Shown here one piece after another: positions 62,801 to 64,000 of a stretch of DNA of 64,000 nt. The number at the start of each line of letters is the position of its first letter. The first letter of the stretch is position 1. The notes beneath the pieces were generated by a model. That model searched no databases. It was not told where the DNA came from and saw only the letters and a list, made by a program, of their open reading frames with translations. The position numbers and the translations under genes were made by a program. Source of the DNA: a virus (Duplodnaviria; Caudoviricetes); the IMG/VR virus record IMGVR_UViG_3300045958_000007, positions 8,929 to 72,928 of that record; one strand, 5' to 3'.

Positions 62801-64000
62801 GAGAATCGCGTCGATCGGCCCGGCGCTGGTGCTCAGTTTATCGTAGAGTTGAATCCCCTGATTAGCCGCCTGGTGCGCCTGCTGGTTGGCGGCCGTCTGG
62901 ATGCTGTTCCCGGTTTGGGTAAGGGTTTGGGCCGCGGCGTCGGTCGAGACCGCGCCGAAGAGTTTGCGCTCGGCTCCGAGCTGCTTGCGCACATAGTCGC
63001 TGATCTCTGCCTTTTCGGGGAGGAGCGAGCGCGTCATCTCCTCTTCGCCGAAGAGGCCACCCTGCGCCTGATCGGCGGTCGACTCGGTAATGGTCGAGGT
63101 GCGCTGGTTGAGCCGGATGAGTTCGCCCACCTGATCGTTGGTGAGGCGCTGACCGTTCTGCTCGCGCTGCTTCAGTAGGGTGTAGAGCGCGGTCTGGTCG
63201 GCATGATTCGGAACGCCCGCGCCGATGACGGCGCCGCGCTCGACCGAGAGCTCGCCCGCAATTACGTCGTCGAAGATCGCCGGAGCGAGGTTGGAGAGTG
63301 CCAGCCCTTGCGCGGCGACCTTTCCCTTGAGCGAAACTCCCTGCTGCGCGAGTTGGTCCGGGGTCAGGCCGGAGTCGCGGAAGACCTTGGCGGCGTCGGT
63401 GGCATCGCCGCGGCCCTCGGCAATATTCGCGAGCGCCCCCTGTAGCCGCGCCTCCTGGGCGTTGGGCGCGTCCAGGTAACGCACCAGCATTTGCTGCGCG
63501 GCTGGTTGCGTGGGGGCGAGACGGTTGGCGAGATCCAGGCGGTGATGGCCGTTGACGATGTAGGTTTGGCCGTCGTCCGGATCGCGCCAGACGAGGGTAA
63601 TGCCGGCTTTGACCGGATCCCACACCGGCACGCCCCGCAGCTCTTCGCCGGCGCCGCCCTGCCCCACGTTGCGCTTGAACTGGAAGCGGGTCGGGTCGGC
63701 GACGATCGAGGAGGTGGGGATGTAGCCCACCCAGCCGGGCGCGCCGGGGGCGGGGGCCTGGGGAAGCGCGGGGGACGGCGGCGGAGTTGCGGTGGGGGCC
63801 GGCGGTGGGGCGGCAGGCTCGCTCGGCGATCCAGCAGGCGTGGTAGCGGCGGCGGCCGGGGCCGGGGCCGGGGCGCTGCTCATCCGATCGAGCTGCGCCT
63901 GGAGATCGTGCGCGGCGTCCTCGTCCCCGTCCTCAACTGCGGCGCTGAGGCGGCGCTGTAGTTCGGCGATACGCGCCTGCTGTGCCTGTTGAACGAGCGC
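56813..64000 (-). CDS. Giant polyvalent / DNA-ejection-type virion protein, 5' end beyond the window (>2395 aa)
   Basis: Frame stays open from 63883 to 64000 (ALVQQAQQARIAELQRR...LDRMSSAP); ParB-like FQFK...WDP...YIVNGHHR; SH3/KOW-like units; helical C-terminal half. Confidence 0.85.
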   Translation of the reverse strand, partial: ALVQQAQQARIAELQRRLSAAVEDGDEDAAHDLQAQLDRMSSAPAPAPAAAATTPAGSPSEPAAPPPAPTATPPPSPALPQAPAPGAPGWVGYIPTSSIVADPTRFQFKRNVGQGGAGEELRGVPVWDPVKAGITLVWRDPDDGQTYIVNGHHRLDLANRLAPTQPAAQQMLVRYLDAPNAQEARLQGALANIAEGRGDATDAAKVFRDSGLTPDQLAQQGVSLKGKVAAQGLALSNLAPAIFDDVIAGELSVERGAVIGAGVPNHADQTALYTLLKQREQNGQRLTNDQVGELIRLNQRTSTITESTADQAQGGLFGEEEMTRSLLPEKAEISDYVRKQLGAERKLFGAVSTDAAAQTLTQTGNSIQTAANQQAHQAANQGIQLYDKLSTSAGPIDAILDQSARELAQGQPHAEVKQRAYRAIRDELTRQVQRLTGGQAAGSGVPAESPAPAGQPPAGAGAGNSVPGGAPAGPAATQPEVAPPAAELTPEQKKQQKEDAAREAHNQARRAEFERLSNPEGIPAPSPDEYRRGLDVLQKIAAEDWRGERPEVNSSEFYYKGDSKGPMFEISAAPGSDTERVIAQFVREGVLTPRYAAGPPGHVPEGHTAPPPHYYTHYELDKSKLPPAAPEPEPTAPARAQKTLEDIQEELRERLRDIDRSRYPEKMREREILAANKWFKFQLHELRGDPATREGLVERLNELREDRDELARGRTGDPADPGTDLLTNYYLPEIKRLEEKLNGTEPPAAPGASRPQEFVGKRVRWKAGSKTLHGYVIRTEPGNYIIDPEEETGNAIERVKDTTPLKITKAVPVKTGDRVSFEERRGGWQTREGVVTDVDNDRGDFHIKADDGTPYAGNTQRSRNLKVLTPPAPAAASTQLTPSEDPSVTMARLQTALTTLEGAQSKGDYSAIDRGQLRSVLKDGDRLLDKLGKDAPTELFRLTHEINRLLRLADEQPAPPAATSTPEGQRNPALPPSREHPATYARPFESVPLDDLRARERAASPDQMDLFGERSVTIDDLAKPPRTRRPGEFSLDPRTVRRLSEPGYPADTPTTGQLQMYWGGAKAYARKFGNVPALVVNAPAMDVVLRRMGQVGLGENSRHTIGTVLGPHEWTNILEEARAAAHNPRSDDSDPGFDEALFDVANQIAKALGIDAHFERQAQDNPHNPQPLFTHPKDIRAPKRPPLIVVQAGPRIPDHVLKRVAEEEYDHAQQMELPKGLRSLPAHVVETAAGQKAYEALRRIGYPKLNPQSPFYEHNRAIIVAEIGVRLMRPGRWQELGLTAQEARDLAEAYVKGLVGQNGAKAATIVNQIYESVLKDETLPGGAGGVETQHARPGEVSPGGGRGSPAEETGRDVSGQQPGTLAAREAEEIGPFGPVSRQFYHALKEGEQPPTTKGTTDIPGSHPGEGRTDKAPPSAGGRSNTNIASEKPEVNPARDFLKDETGTSRVAAAARDLYRNLNRRHDDEAKVSYSGLGAWKDKYVRNLSQLEKAHPGVHAQAVKAATSRAQTSALVRASVPRIVEALGKDGPSWLDFRRALIESRLRGIRERWQNMAEGAIESTDEDLHDSFGKWLAPVLKAIHEESVGEPLESPAITAAALLEREDFDGLRAFLEDTFNRAADRVAEMMPDDEFDDITGNPGFARGLDVYKRLLEDPVARNHEENEGVFSDALGPLKTYYPLIRLDEEGEEAHKAPGRSGRAVPYRKPRNIANMFATGHGEAYDPSMEAFNDRIRNAFRVNNKAALIEALHKAGLLRKVKQGEEAPDTITWRGVEYQGVTIETHPDRTLITPNGTVHLPAGRGVIPAWLEEELRPILDKRHLNLSDPKSLIGRITKFTLAGPLDAVIHSSNLIGTLVANTPFLGRSLAAKAAGNLPFTKRAAAILHLINTDPTNEEAARDIAEMAKLGLIPEKYGAVASAWFRKSREFAEQTGAKLERGFGPFLYGPRGVDIRARLLMYRTAKAINPGATPREMYRFVNQLGNYTRALQGRIERSLKESGWSPFYTAGSTMVRNGVNAWTGRGPMPVEGKGGRWLRALTAITGGAVGLIALWLAAHRAYTGKWPWEDPHAKFLAVRLNSEDRNSWLARQIWGPPSNGDAYIGLQWFSPLVYRGARALGIAQMFEAHQVHASADQMMDAAVAGAVNAAVEPVMGPPAKTAWVGITGTEPYITGFRDDRGKPSLQTLGAVEKQKPGATGWVKQHLLGPFLTMNGFLANVGAATGFTRGVLAHADDPENRWLRMIVDLAAPQLFSHPTTTLSHAEFLAKQREALNEINRQETSNRITDALRDRDIERARALAQKAVRDGIASPADIRKAVERARVPKDVAGFRSLGVAAALDAMDAANAEERQRFLPVLAQKLRQQFPRLAAQDQQHLLDRLRELHIGPAEMRAAAAQ

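Larger units (their letters stand above)
1..64000. mobile_element. Temperate phage genome or prophage segment, P22-like podovirus morphogenesis genes, probably Acidobacteriota host
   Basis: Terminase, P22-type portal/scaffold/coat/gp4/gp10, GH19 endolysin, tyrosine recombinase and Gp157-type genes; no host housekeeping genes; structural module cut at both window edges. Confidence 0.95.

Noticed and set aside
1-64000. Diversity-generating retroelement, retron, tRNA or rRNA genes
   Set aside because: No reverse transcriptase motifs, no TR/VR pair and no tRNA T-loop/cloverleaf recognised, including in the gaps at 32640-33060 and 54060-54210

Overview
The whole 64 kb is one GC-rich temperate phage genome (or prophage segment) with a P22-type podovirus head and tail; no host housekeeping genes are visible. 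The host is probably an Acidobacteriota (Solibacter/Bryobacter-like), inferred from the style of its signal peptides, cohesin/dockerin domains and small-protein families. A minus-strand late operon runs from a NusG/UpxY-type antiterminator (29.8 kb) through DNA methyltransferases, terminase, a 7 kb accessory block, portal, a dual-coded C5 methyltransferase, scaffold, coat, gp10-like and gp4-like proteins, and off the left edge. What looks like its far end re-enters at the right edge as a >2395 aa polyvalent/ejection-type protein followed by a lysis cassette, so the genome appears circularly permuted. The middle holds a tyrosine recombinase, a replication initiator, a TGT-like gene, a radical SAM-HNH fusion, recombination genes and many small ORFs. 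Most unusual: (1) eight late genes, several with virion-type domains, carry Sec-type signal peptides; (2) a stand-alone histidine-kinase DHp mimic has its phospho-His replaced by Lys; (3) a GroES has a Zn-ribbon in its roof hairpin; (4) a C5 methyltransferase is fully overprinted by a second ORF, and one extra base breaks both; (5) a secreted cohesin-dockerin protein and a tandem HiPIP-like protein are present; (6) a palindromic 23-24 bp repeat array has a sixth copy inside the rep gene. All assignments come from reading motifs by eye; no searches were run.
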